Origin: Bugula neritina | Lineage: Eukaryota > Animalia > Bryozoa | Length of the DNA: 64,000 bases | NCBI GenBank assembly: GCA_964035545.1 | Contig: OZ037767.1 | Location: forward strand, 11,232,581 to 11,296,580 | Direction: 5' to 3' | Part shown: positions 13,256 through 25,665 of the stretch, piece by piece | Position numbering within the stretch: the first letter of the stretch is position 1 | How the letters are laid out: each line of letters begins with the position of its first letter | The notes under the pieces: generated by a model | The model's input: the letters and a program-made list of their open reading frames with translations, nothing else | Told to the model about the DNA's origin: nothing | The model's database searches: none | Made by a program: the position numbers and the translations under genes

Positions 13256-16200
13256 CATATCAAAAGGCATAAATGTGAGGGTGTGCAACAGCAACTAAAA
13301 TTCCCATCTAAATGCTATGCACCAGAGCCTACAATATTTGAAAAGCTAGAAGATAAGTTAGGCATATATGTCGAAGAATCCAGACAAATTTATCCATACC
13401 GCATCACATACGACATCGAGTGCTCACTCAGTCCAGAAAGCTTACCGAAGAATAGAAGTATCAATTACACAACTCACCATGAAATAATAAGCATATCAGT
13501 ATGCTCTAATGCTAAGAGTTTTCACAAGGCTCACACCTTTGTTATTGGGAACAGTCAACATAAATTAATCAAGCGCTTTAGTCAATTACATAGCAGATAT
13601 AGCTAACTGTGGATATGAAGAGTTGTTGATAGCATACAGCGATGTACTTGAAGAGATCACAGAAGTTGAAAAGCAGAGGGGTGAGGTAGAGGAGGAATTT
13701 AAGACTGCAATTTTTCTGCGCCTCAAGTGTATGCAGCCAACTCAGTTGCAAAGCTGAAACAAAGTTTTTTGGAGTATCTTGGGGTTGTGCCCGTAGTTTC
13801 CTATAACGGCGGGCAGTATGACCTCAACATAATGAAAAGTCCGTTAATCAAACATCTCTACAACACTGGCAAGATCAAGTACACTGTGAAAAGAGTGAAT
13901 ACTCTGCAGTGCATCCAAACTGACCAATTTAAGTTTGTTGACATTTGTATTTACATAGCTCCAAGAGACACATATTCCTAATACCTCAAGGCATTTGATT
14001 ATAGTGACAACAAGGGTCACTTTTTCTACGAATGGCCAACCTCTCCAGATATGCTCCAAAAAGTTCACCTCCCACCCTAATCAGCATTCTATAACTTCCT
14101 TAAGCAAAGTAATATTACAGCTGAAGAGTATGCACACTGTCAGCAGGTTTGGGATAGCAGAGGTATGCAGACAATGAAAGACTATCTAACATAATATTAT
14201 GCGGAACTAGATGTTGAGCCCTTCATGGAAGCACTAGAGAAACAAACACAAAGTTATGCCCAGAAAAACATTGACATGCTGAAGTCCACTATATCATTAC
14301 TGGGTCTAGCAGTGCGCTGGATGTTTACTGAACTGGATCGTAGCGCATTTGACATTTCACTGATTGATTAAAGAAATAAGGATGTTTACAGTTTGCTAAA
14401 ACAAAACATAGTAGAAGGGCCCTCCACAGTATTTCACAAATACCACGAAAGGAATGTAACAAAATTGAGGTTTTCTGAATATGGCAGTGAGGTAAAATTA
14501 TGCAAACAGGTGCTGGGTGTTGATGCCAATGTACTTTATCTTTGGAGCATGATGCAAGAGATGCCCACAGGCCACATGATTCGCAGATATGAACACAATG
14601 GTTTTAAACCTCAATTGTTTCAGAAATATGAGAGACAAGCGTGGACATGTTTGAAATATCTGTCTCATACACTGGATATATACATAGAACACATGTTTAT
14701 TAAAGGTGAAGTTAGAATTGGACAGCATGCAATCCTGGTAGATGGCTACTGTAGGGAAAGCAACACAGTATATCAGTTCTATGGCTGTTTGTTTCATGGG
14801 CATTCAAACTGTCCTGTAACCCAAGGCAAACTGTTCAACCCTGTAAATAACAGAAGCATGGAAGATCTCTTTCATTCTACAATGCATAAGGGAGAATACA
14901 TTAGGGCACATGGCTGCAACCTAATTACTATATTTGAGTGTCACTGGCAACAACAAGTTGAGCTTGATGTTGAAACAAAGCAGTTTGTATCCAAATTTGA
15001 GCGCAATGAGTTAAAAGATTGTGGTTCAAAAACGCTTGATGAAATGCTGACAATGATAAAAAATGAGGAATATTTTGGGCTTGTCAAATGTACGGTTCGA
15101 GTTCCAGATCACTTGAAACACAAGTTTTCAGAAATGTGCCCCATTTTTCAGAACATACCAGTTTCAAGAAAAGATCTAAGCGCTCATATGCAAAGTTTTG
15201 CAAGTAATACAAATCATTTGATGATTCCTCAAAGGATGTTAGTAGGCAGCCTGTATGGTGAAAAAATTATCATATCAAGTAAGCTAGCTAAATGGTATTT
15301 AGATCATGGCCTGGAATTTACTCTGATATATCGGTTCATACAATTCAAACTAGTAGCATGCTTTAGAACATTTGGAGAGAGTGTCTCTAATTCTCGAAGG
15401 GAAGGTCACATAGATGAACACAAGATTTTGATGGCTGAAACCTCCAAGCTTGTGAGCAAGTCAGTGTATGGAAAAACTAAAACTAACCAGGAGAAGCACA
15501 GAGATATCAAGTATGTAAGCAACAGTTGCAAAGCATCTAACTACATCAAAAGTGACCGTTGCATTCACATGGAAGAAATTGACGAGAGTTTCTATGAAAT
15601 GACACTACAAAAATGCAAGGTGTGTTATATGTAATATTAATATTATTTCAGATTGGTGCTCCTTGATGAAACTTTTGAGTAATTAAATTATTGTTGGTGT
15701 TATATTTTCAGAATACAATCACCACTCCGCCACTCATAGGTCTTGTGGTGCTGAACTATGCTAAGCTACGAATGCTGGAGTTTTACTACGATTTTATGGC
15801 CAGGTGAGTGGTCTTTCATCAACATGCTGGCTTGCGATCTGCTACACACGTTTGAACATGTCAGTGTGATCAGCTTATCAGAAAGTTTAGCAATGCAGTT
15901 TGGTGTAGTTGATATTTTGCATAAATATGAAGTATCAAGTTGCGGTTTGTGCCGACTCTTCAATACTGATGAAAAACCAGTATTGAACAGTGATATTGCG
16001 AGAATAATTAATGTAATAATTATGCATGCAGGTGACAGTAATTTACGCTAGCTACATAGTTATGTGTGATTGCAACTTTCAGATATGTTGACGGGAAGGA
16101 TTTTCAGTACGTTACCATGGATACTGACAGTGGTTATATGAGTCTCTCAGCCTCATTGAAAGAGATCATCAGACCTGAGTTGCGTTTAGAGCCCTTCCAA

Positions 16201-16633
16201 AATTATGGTAGTTGGCTGCCAAAATCGTTTTACCAGCAACACAGAGACGAGGATGCAGTCGAAGGAGTGGAAGGTGGAAAAGTGTTGTGAGGCTCAGTTA
16301 AAGTTTGACAAAGGTACGCCTGGTCTGTTTAAAACAAAGTTTATTGGGGATGGGGTAATTGCCCTGAACCCAAAAAAATACTTCTGCAGGGGTTTAAGTG
16401 GTCAGACCAAGTTGAGTAGGAAGGGGTTGTCAAAGACTCAGAATAATTTGAGAAAAGAGATGTTCATGAATGTCCTACAAAAAAAACAGAGCTTAACTGG
16501 TGTTAATAGAGGTTTCAAGAGAAAGTCTGGAGAAATGTACTTTTATGAACAGGAAAGAAGGGGCCAGACGTATTTCTACACCAAACGTAGAGTTAATGAA
16601 GATGGTGTGACAACCCATCCTCTGCAATTTTAG
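13253..16633 (+). pseudogene. Protein-primed family B DNA polymerase (pPolB) with Vsr-like insertion and two introns (15620-15711, 15804-16082); frameshifts and stops elsewhere
   Basis: ExoI YPYRITYDIEC, ExoII SYNGGQYDL, motif A GVDANVLYLWSM, motif B KLVSKSVYGK, spliced IGLVVLNYAKLRMLEFYYDF-R-YVD..FQY..MDTDSGY (motif C), TPGLFK, KGL. Confidence 0.92.
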
Positions 16634-17682
16634 GCATTACAATTATCATTGATAAAGTTACTACACTCAACTGCTTTGCTCTGTTCTGCCCTGTTCTCTT
16701 TTCAATGTTGCTGGCATTCTTTCAAATGTATACATATATTGCTCTGTTCTGTTGTATTTTCAATTTTGGTAGCATTCTCTCAAATGTATATGTTATTATT
16801 ATGTACTCTTATTGTATTGCATATTACATGTATTCACATTCTGGTTTATTTTTATATTTAAATTTCTGTGCACACTGATGCTTGTAATCTACACTATTAT
16901 GCTGTCATTTTATTGTTTTTGTTTTTTTATTCTTGATTTATATATTACTGTTTTTATGTTCAATCACATTATAATACATACTTGATATTATGATATCACT
17001 TTCTTTCCACATGTTTGGCTTGCCACTGTTTCAGTCTTCAGCTGGCAAAGCCAGGACTTCATGGTGAATCAAAGTTGTTAAGAGTTTGGTTGTACCACTC
17101 AACAGGAGTTTAGACTATAAAAAAGCTTACAGTTGAATTTTCTATCTAATTCACTCGAATAGGTGTGGTGTGTTACTACTATTAGTTTGGAGGGGGGGGG
17201 GGGGGGGAGGAAACTGCTCTCGTTGTTGAGGATGCTGACCTAGAAAAATTTATTTGACTAAGCAATACAAGTAGAGGGTGAATTTCTAGATCTGTATCTT
17301 CCTGGTTTGGTTTACTTAGTAAGATGTGCTTTACCCGTTGATCACAGGGATTTGCGTGCAGTTCTGAAGCCAGAGTCAGTAGACGCTTTGGAATGTATGA
17401 TTTTAAAACCACTTAGAGTGAGTAGTCTTTTGTCATTGAAATTACCCGAATTCATCTGTGTTACTTAGACAACTTGTTGAGATGATACTTATATTGTCTA
17501 GCAGTTTAATGATTGTAAGGTGTTGCTTAAGGTATTTTTCCATTTTACTTGTAGGTTATAGCGGCGAGGAAAGCTTTGTCCAGAATACACTCCTCCAATG
17601 ATCCAGGTATGGAGGTAAAAAAAAATTGGTTTTTTGACCACCCTATTGTTCTATCAGACTATACAGGGCTATAGCTTTTGTG

Positions 17683-17844
17683 ATCATCAAGTCAAGCATA
17701 TGTGACTGTGCATTGGTGTACTTTAATAGAACTCCACAGACTAAAACGTCATATTTGAAAGCAGAGGACAGACAAATTTTTAAGCTACTGACCTCATGTC
17801 CAATCTGTCATTTTTGTATGTAGATATGTTAATTTCATGCCAGC
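17683..17844 (+). repeat. ~162-bp direct repeat, copy 1 (abuts the 5' LTR)
   Basis: atcatcaagtcaagcatatgtgactgtgcattggtgtac...tttcatgccag recurs at 22358-22520. Confidence 0.88.
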
Positions 17845-20800
17845 TATTGACAAATAACTTTGACCTTGAACTAGGAGAGCCTCGTATTCACTTGCACCGG
17901 GATGGTCTACCATTTTCAACAAGAATGCAATCACGAACTACATCAACACAACACATAAGTTATTATATTACTATCAACAACATGGTGTCAGAAGTGAAAG
18001 CATAATCTCTGGCCACATTCGGAGTGACTAATTTGGACGACAATAGAGCAGCTTTTAGCACCACAGCCCCTGAAAGATGGGAACCTGGCAGAAGAGTGGA
18101 AAAAGTTTAGAAGGGAGTTTGAGCAGTTTATGGAGGCCACAGAGAAAACTAGGACTGATTTCAAGGTAAAGACAGCTATTTCACTTAGGATTTTTGGTCC
18201 TAGAGGAAATGATATTTATGAGAATTTTGGTCATGAAGCTGAGGATAGGAAAGATTATGATAAAGTGGTTGAACAGTTTGAAAGGTTTTGTGCGCCCCAG
18301 GAAAAGAATTTTATTGCAAGGCATAGGCTTTTATGCATGAAACAGGAAGGGCTTTCTGTTGAAGAGTTTGAAATAAAATTGCTAACTCAGGCTAGGTTTT
18401 GTAAATTAGGTGATCTGACAGAGGATTTGATTTGTCATGCTTTAGTAGAGGGTTTAGATGACAAATCTCTCTGTGATAAATTACTTATGAATGCTTGCGA
18501 ACAAGAGTTGAAATCATCAGCAGCTGTTGAGTCAGCACGTGAACATACAGCTGCTAAGGCACACATGAAAGAGCTTGGTGGGGAGTCTCAGGAAACTGTT
18601 CACCGATTGTATGAGAAGAAGCCATGTGCTAGTGGAAAAGACAGTGATTAAGTGAGAAGAAAAGATAAAAAAGAGGGTAAAAGAGGATCTGTAGATTTTG
18701 TGGATTAGATCATAAGAAAGGTAATTGTCCTGCATATGGCAGAGTGCTCTTACTGTCACAAAAAGAATCATTTCAAAAGAGTATGCAGACAAAAGATGGA
18801 GGAGGAGAAAGAAGAGTGTCAAGCAATTGAGAATAAAACTGAAAACTCATATGAGGAACTATTCACTGTGGAGAGCCATTACAAGGTAGAGAAACACGGA
18901 ACAAGACTGCTAGCGACAGTTGAGGTGAATGGACAGAGCTTGACTTGTCAACTGGACACTGCTTCGGCTAGCAATGTAATGTGTAGTAAAGACCATGAAA
19001 AACTCCGTAAGCGTCTTTTAAAGCCGAGTCTAGTGACATTAGTAACATATGATGGGGGTGAGATGAAGAGTAAAAGAAGAGTAGAATTAAAATTTAAACA
19101 AATAAAAGGGCCAATAACTTTTGAAGCAGTTGACTCAACTATGAAACCTTATCCACTGTTAGGTTGTGAAACATGCTTGAACTTGGGTTTAGTGAAACTG
19201 ACAGAGTCTACGTATGCTATGAAGGATGCAGAACTGCTACCAAAAAAAATACTGACACAATATGATGAAGTATTTCGTGGGCTAGGAGAAATGCCGGGCG
19301 AGTATTAGATCAAAGTAGATAACAATGTGAAACCTATTCAACATAGACCACGTAGGACACCAGTAATGATGAGAAAAGACGTAGTTTAAAAGGTTAAAGA
19401 GCTGGAAGCGGCATTGATACTGTCCAGAATGGAAGAACCAACAGATTGGATCTCATCACAAGTAGCAGTCAGGAAACCAAATGGATCTATCAGGCTTTGT
19501 TTAGATTCAACGGACCTCAATCAAGCTATAATATGAAACCACTATAGGATACCAACTCTAGACAGTGTATTGCCAAGATTAGCGAAAGCCAAATGCTTTT
19601 CGCTACTAGATGCTAAAGATGGTTTCTGGCAGATAAAGCTAGCACCTGAATCCAGAAAGCTAACAACATTTTGAACACCTCTTGGGAGGTATTGCTGGAA
19701 TCGATTACCTTTTGGACCTAGTTCAAGTCCCGAAGAATATCAGCGGAGACTACACATGATCTTAGATGGGCTCAACGGTGTAGAGGTGATCGCGGATGAC
19801 ATTTTAGTGTTCGGCAGTGGCAATAGTGATGTTGAGGCCCAATGTGATCATGACCTGAACTTGAGAACTCTACTTGGCCGGATAAAGAAGATGGGAGTCA
19901 AGATCAACCAAGATAAAATGAAGCTACACTTAACTGAGGTCAAGTACATGGGTCATATTTTGACTGCCAAAGGAATCAAGGCAGATCCAACAAAAAGTCC
20001 AAGGAATAAAAGATCTACGGGAGCCAAGGTCGGCGATAAATATTAAGAGCTTTCAGGTTTAGTCAACTACCTGTCCAGATATATTCCAATATATCACAGA
20101 TGGCTGCTCCCCTCAGAGCCATGACAGCGGCAGATTATTTTGCATTCAAGGAAGAAGATTGACTTGCATGGAAGAAGATCAAGGAAGCTATCTCGGAGGA
20201 GACATTATTAAGGTACTATGATCCATCCAAGCCAGCTGTTATAGAATGTGATGCAAGTAGTAGTGGATTTGGGGCAGTGCTACTTCACGAAGGAAAACCA
20301 GTCTACTTTGCATCTAGGACTCTTTTAGATGTGGAGAGCAGATATCCTTCCCTAGAGCTTGAGTGTCTAGCTGTGGTCTTTGCATGTAGGAGATTTGATC
20401 AATACATTTATGGTAAGCAAGACCTCCCAATACTCTCCGATCACAAACCATTAGAATCTCTCGTTAAGAAGGAGATGGGGAAATCACCAGTAGGACTGGA
20501 AAAAATGTTAATGACTTTACAACGCTACGGATATGACTTAAGATATAAGCCAGGAAAAAAGCAAGTATTAGCTGATATGCTATCAAGATCATCAACGGCA
20601 GATGGAAGTTCAGAGAGGATTAACAAAGCGGAGGTTTTCATGAGTGAGATTGATGACAGCAATCCAGAAGAGTTCACTGACATGTCAGACAAGCGTTTAG
20701 CCAGGATGAGAGTTTGCTTCGACTGATGAGACCTGTATGCTACTGAGGGAACAGATCAAAAAAGGATGGCCCAAGAAAAGGAATGTGAGGTATTGATCCA

Positions 20801-22357
20801 AAACTACTGGACATTTTCTGAGGAACTCTGTGAAAGAAATAATCTTGTATATAAAGGCAAAAGACTAGTAGTACCTAGAAACATGGAAACTGAGATAACT
20901 GCAGCGCTACATGAAGCACATAGAAGTGCAGATGCAATAATGATGAGGGCGTGCGACATTTTATATTGGCCTGGAATGTGGAATGAACGGAGAAAAACAG
21001 CTGAAGAATGTGCAGTGTGCTAGAGGAATAAGCCAGCGAACTGAAAAAACCACTGATGGTTCAAGATATACCAAAACACAGATTTTTGAAAGTCGGATCC
21101 GATGTGCTCTATCATGGAGGACACGCATATCTCATTATAGTAGACTACATGTCCGATTTCATTGAGCTAAAGAGACTGAAAGACGAAATAGCTGCACCTG
21201 TCATAGATGCATGCAAGGAGATCTTTGCTAGGCATGGTGTTCCAGAGGTCTTTCAGAGTGATAATGCACCTTATTACAACTGTACACTGTTTCAGAAGTT
21301 TGCAGAAGACCGGCGATTTACACACACATTATCGCCCGGACACTCACAGAGTAATGGAAAAGCTGAGTCCGCTGTAAAAATCATCAAACATATGCTCAAT
21401 ACATCAGACTATCCATAGAAAGCACTTATGGAATGGCGAGCAACACCTAACAGGGACTTCCCAAGCCCTAGTGAACGACTCCACGGCCGGAGGTCAAGAA
21501 CATTAGTCCCTCAACCCCAAGAAGCATTGAGCGATCAGGACTTGGACTTGGACCAGATAGCTAGAGCCAGAAGGATTAGACAGCAACGGATGACGGAAAC
21601 ATATAACAGAAACAAAAACCAGTTAACATTACAACATGGACAACCAGTGATGGTAAAACAGGTCAATGACAGAATTGCAAATTGGCGACAGGCAACAGTG
21701 GTGGAGTCGTTGAGTGATAGATCCTATATAGTACAAAATAAAAAGGAGAATATAGTAAGAAGAAACAGAGTAGATCTGCAGGAAACGGCCAGCAGTGCGC
21801 CATTGGTCGAAAGTAAGCCAGAAGCTATCAGTACAGATGTAAGGGGTTTTCAAATGAGACGAACTAAAGCTCCAAGAACCAGAAGCGGTGATGGACAGGC
21901 AACCCGGACAGCTGAAGTACTTGAAAAAAGAACCTCATCAGGACGAGTATGCAAAACACCTGCATACCTGCGGGACTATACCACCTAAGTCCTCGTGAAG
22001 CTGAGGGGGAGCTGGACAGTTCACATTCCCCTCCTTATCAAGGTCCATGACCTTAATCCTGCACCTATGCTTGGGGTATTACTTCACAATCTTTTATATA
22101 ATTAGACTGCTATGCTTAATCACATCTTCATTTGCTGAAGAGCCCAGGACTAGAACTTTCCATGAGTAGACTGCATTATTACTCTACTTACCAGTTAAAA
22201 AAATAATAGGATGTTGACAAATAAACTTGACCTTGAACTACGAGAGCCTAGTATTCACTCGCACCGGGATGGTCGACCATCTTCAACAAGATTGTAATCA
22301 CAAACTGCATCAACAAAATATTTAAATAGTGATTTATTATATTAATATCAAACAACA
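17845..22357 (+). mobile_element. Near full-length decayed Gypsy LTR retrotransposon (gag-PR-RT-RH-IN)
   Basis: LTRs 17845-17982 and 22212-22357; PBS TGGTGTCAGAAGTG (tRNA-Leu 3' complement) at 17983; gag with CSYCHKKNHFKRVC knuckle; protease LDTAS; RT IADDILV; RNase H CDASS..GAVL; integrase SDNAP..SNGKAESAVK; purine tract before the 3' LTR. Confidence 0.93.
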
Positions 22358-22520
22358 ATCACCAAGGCAAGCATATGTGACTGTGCATTGGTGTACCTTC
22401 GTAGAACTCCACAGACTAGAAGGTTATTTATTGAAAACAGAGGACAGACAATTTTCTATGCCACTGACCTCATGTCCAATATCTCATTTTTGTATGTAGA
22501 TATGTTATTTTCATGCCAGG
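22358..22520 (+). repeat. ~162-bp direct repeat, copy 2 (abuts the 3' LTR)
   Basis: Diverged copy of 17683-17844. Confidence 0.88.
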
Positions 22521-22589
22521 TTTTGGTGCTTAAACTGTTTCATAAGCGATATAATGCAAATTTTGCAGTCTCGAATTGAGCACTCATGC

Positions 22590-23150
22590 TAAGGTGCTTG
22601 ACTTCACAAAAGCCTTTGGCAAGATGCCGCATGCACTTTTAATGAAAAAACTCTCCAGGATCGGAACAATCGACACACATATACTTCCCTGGATACATAA
22701 ATTCCTTACTGATAGGTCTCAGCGGGTGATACTTAATGGTAAGGTGTCAAGCAGTCTCCCAGTCTCGTCAGGGGTACCTCAGGGATCAGTTCTCGGGCCT
22801 GTGCTTTTCCTGATATTTATCAATGACCTCCCAAACAAAGTAGATTGCCCAGTCGCCCTATTTGCAGACGTCACCTTAATGTACTAGACCATTACAAGCC
22901 AGCAGGACACAGCCCGTTTTCAGCACAACCTGAACTCTTTGGACTTCTGGGCATGCAGGATGGGTATGTTTTTCAATGAAGAAAAGCAAGATCATCATCT
23001 TCAGTGACAAGAAATTCACACATAACTATTTACTTGGAGGCCAGACTCTCGCAGTTGTTGACCACGCGTTGTATCTTGGTGTCACAATACAATCAGACCT
23101 GAAGTTCAACATGCATATCCAGCAGAAATTACTCACAGCGAAGCGACAAA
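22590..23150 (+). mobile_element. CR1/L2-type LINE reverse transcriptase fragment
   Basis: LDFTKAF..PH..L..KL; FLTDRSQRV; [22 protein letters not shown]; LFADV(D); YLGVTI..DL. Confidence 0.88.
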
Positions 23151-24791
23151 GAAGGAAGGAATGAGATACTCCAGTAGATCAGATATTTCAAATAGCGTCC
23201 TTCCTTTCTGATCTGGACATCACAAATTCACAGGAGGACTTAGCAGTGTCTAACCCTACCTACCAAGATATCAAAGGTGCTACTCTTGGAGACCATGTAC
23301 TCCAAGCAATCCAACAGTTAATTGTCAAAGGATGGCCCGTAAAGCCAACTGAGCTACCAGAGGACTTGCGGCAATTCTACCATGTTAAAAATGAACTAGG
23401 AACTTTAGATGGAGTTATCTAACTAGTAGTTCCAAAATCCTACAGACCAGTCATACTGAAGAAATTACATCTCAGCCATCAAGGAACAGCAGCTACCCTT
23501 CAAAGAGCACGGTCTTGTGCATACTGGCCACAAATGTCAAATGATATCACCTGCCACATTAATCAGTGTGTAGCTTGCGCATACGATGCCCCTAGTCAAC
23601 AGAAAGAAACCATTCAACACCATGATATACCAGCAATCCCATGATGCAAAGTCGGAATATATTTGTTCTCCTTCAAACAGCAAGACTACTTGATAATTGT
23701 AGACTACTTCAGTGATTTCTTTGAATGTGAAGAATTAAAGGAAGCAACTTCAAAAGCTGTCATCAAAGCCAGCAAAAGAGCTTTTGCCAGATTTGGGATC
23801 TCAGAAGTGGTTCATTCAGACAATGGACCACGATTCGCCTCCTCAGAATTTACACAGTTCCGTAAAGAATGGGGGTTTCACCATACGACTAGTTCCCCAA
23901 GACACCCACAATTCAATGGGAAGGCGGAAGCAGCAGTCAAAGTTACAAAGAGACTATTTCAGAGATGCGAAGACCCTTTTTTGGCCTTACTGGGACTTAG
24001 AAACACTCCAACAGCTAGCATGTCCTCGAGTCCAATAGAACGGATCCTCGGAAGACCTACACGCTCACTGTTGCCTACTGGTCGCAGCATCTCCAAGCAA
24101 ACACAAAATGAAAATGCTCTCAGAGAAAAGGCTGCAAAGAAACTCATCACGGAGAAGAGCTACAACAAATCTGCGTAAGACCTCATGCCGCTAACAACGG
24201 GTTTACCTGTACTTATCAGAGACACAGCCAACATAAAGAACAAGTGGAACAGAAGCAAAGTTCTAGAAATTCTCTCAGATAGATCTTACTCAGTGCTTAA
24301 TGAAGAAACTGGAAACATTATCAGACGAACCCAAACCGACCTACAACAGCTACATAGAGAACAACTTACTACAACCGCCGATGTCTAGCCAGTAATTACA
24401 CCAACCAATTGTACCGAGGAACAACCACCCAGTCCACCAGAAGAGACTCCAAACAGATCTGGCCTTGATAAAAATTTAAAACGATTAAACGTACACACTC
24501 GCTCATTGAGAGAAAGGAAAATTCCCCCGAAACACTAGGACTATGTGTTGGAGTAGCTGATGATCTGGACTAACTAAGCTCTTACCTTATCAACCCTTTA
24601 GCTACTAAAACTATATCGACCTAATCAATTATAATCTATTCATTACGTTCTCAGACTCACACCAACTTTTTTAAAAGAAAAAGAGATGTTGATGATGGCA
24701 CCTGAAAATTGACTTAGGCCTCAGGCTATCAGCTAAATACTTAGCTCTAATACTCCGTAGCGATTCAACGTATAACTGTTATAACCCAACA
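23150..24791 (+). mobile_element. 5'-truncated Gypsy element (integrase, PPT, 3' LTR ~24687-24791)
   Basis: LHLSHQG..YWPQM..C..C zinc finger; IVDYFSDF; SDNGPRF..SSPRHPQFNGKAEAAVK; PPT aaaagaaaaagaga then TGTTG...AACA. Confidence 0.85.
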
Positions 24792-25106
24792 CGCGGATAT
24801 GTTTAGCCTCCCCACCATCATTCTATTGTTACAATGTTATTATATTAATTTGTATTATGTGTATACTCTGTAGCATACGTTATAGTAATTACGTGTACTC
24901 AGTTATATAATCTTTTGTGTCTAAGCATTACTTATGCTAATATTACTTTATTGTGCGTTTGTAGTGCATTCTCTGGCTTACGGTTTGAGAGCGATTTAAA
25001 GATTACCTACCACTAATTCAAACTTCATTATCTCAATATCTGTTTATCCACAAATAATTGCAATAACAAAAATTACAAAACATTGGAATACTCACTGACA
25101 TAAACA

Positions 25107-25504
25107 GCATGCGTGATACTTCCTCTGCTCTTGAGGTCACCGGGGAAAGAATGCTCTGTAATAATTATTATTACTCGTTATGCAACTTAAACCAGCCCGG
25201 GTAGACTCATCAATTTATTATTGTCTCCAAATATTCAATGTAATGAACTAGCAATGTACTCACCTCGATGACATTTTGCTGGCAACTGTATCCATTATTC
25301 AAATTATTCTTATAATTACACTAATTATTCATCAGTAATATTATAATCATTATTTATCAATAACAGCTAAGTCGTTAATCACTGGCCTATCAACGTAGTG
25401 CAACGCTAGCACCACCACTGCACCACCACCACACAGGCCTTCCCATTATAACACGTAGAACCACCACCACAATCATCTACTCGATATGCTCTATATATAC
25501 TACT
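25107..25504 (-). repeat. Polinton right TIR
   Basis: Reverse complement of 6820-7223; ends in ACTACT followed by TSD AATAAC. Confidence 0.93.
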
Positions 25505-25665
25505 AATAACACTTAATCAACAGTAACACTTTATTTATAATACAAGTTATACAATATAAAGATTATACAATATAAAGATTATACAGTATAAGAACTACAA
25601 AGTATAGAGATTACATAGTATAACGATTATACAATATAAAGATTAGACAGTATTGTTACTATAAT

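Larger units (their letters stand above)
6820..25504 (+). mobile_element. Polinton/Maverick (adintovirus-like) element, decayed, with nested retroelements
   Basis: Termini 5'-AGTAGT...ACTACT-3'; identical 6-bp TSD AATAAC at 6814-6819 and 25505-25510; ~400-bp TIRs; internal Polinton-type integrase and protein-primed PolB. Confidence 0.95.

Noticed and set aside
15758-16051. 97-aa ORF as a separate Polinton gene
   Set aside because: It overlaps the PolB micro-exon in another frame and runs into the inferred intron; no motifs.
20720-20760. Other CTGATGA occurrences (also ~15965, ~46313, ~63588) as hammerheads
   Set aside because: No stem II/GAAA/stem III arrangement follows.
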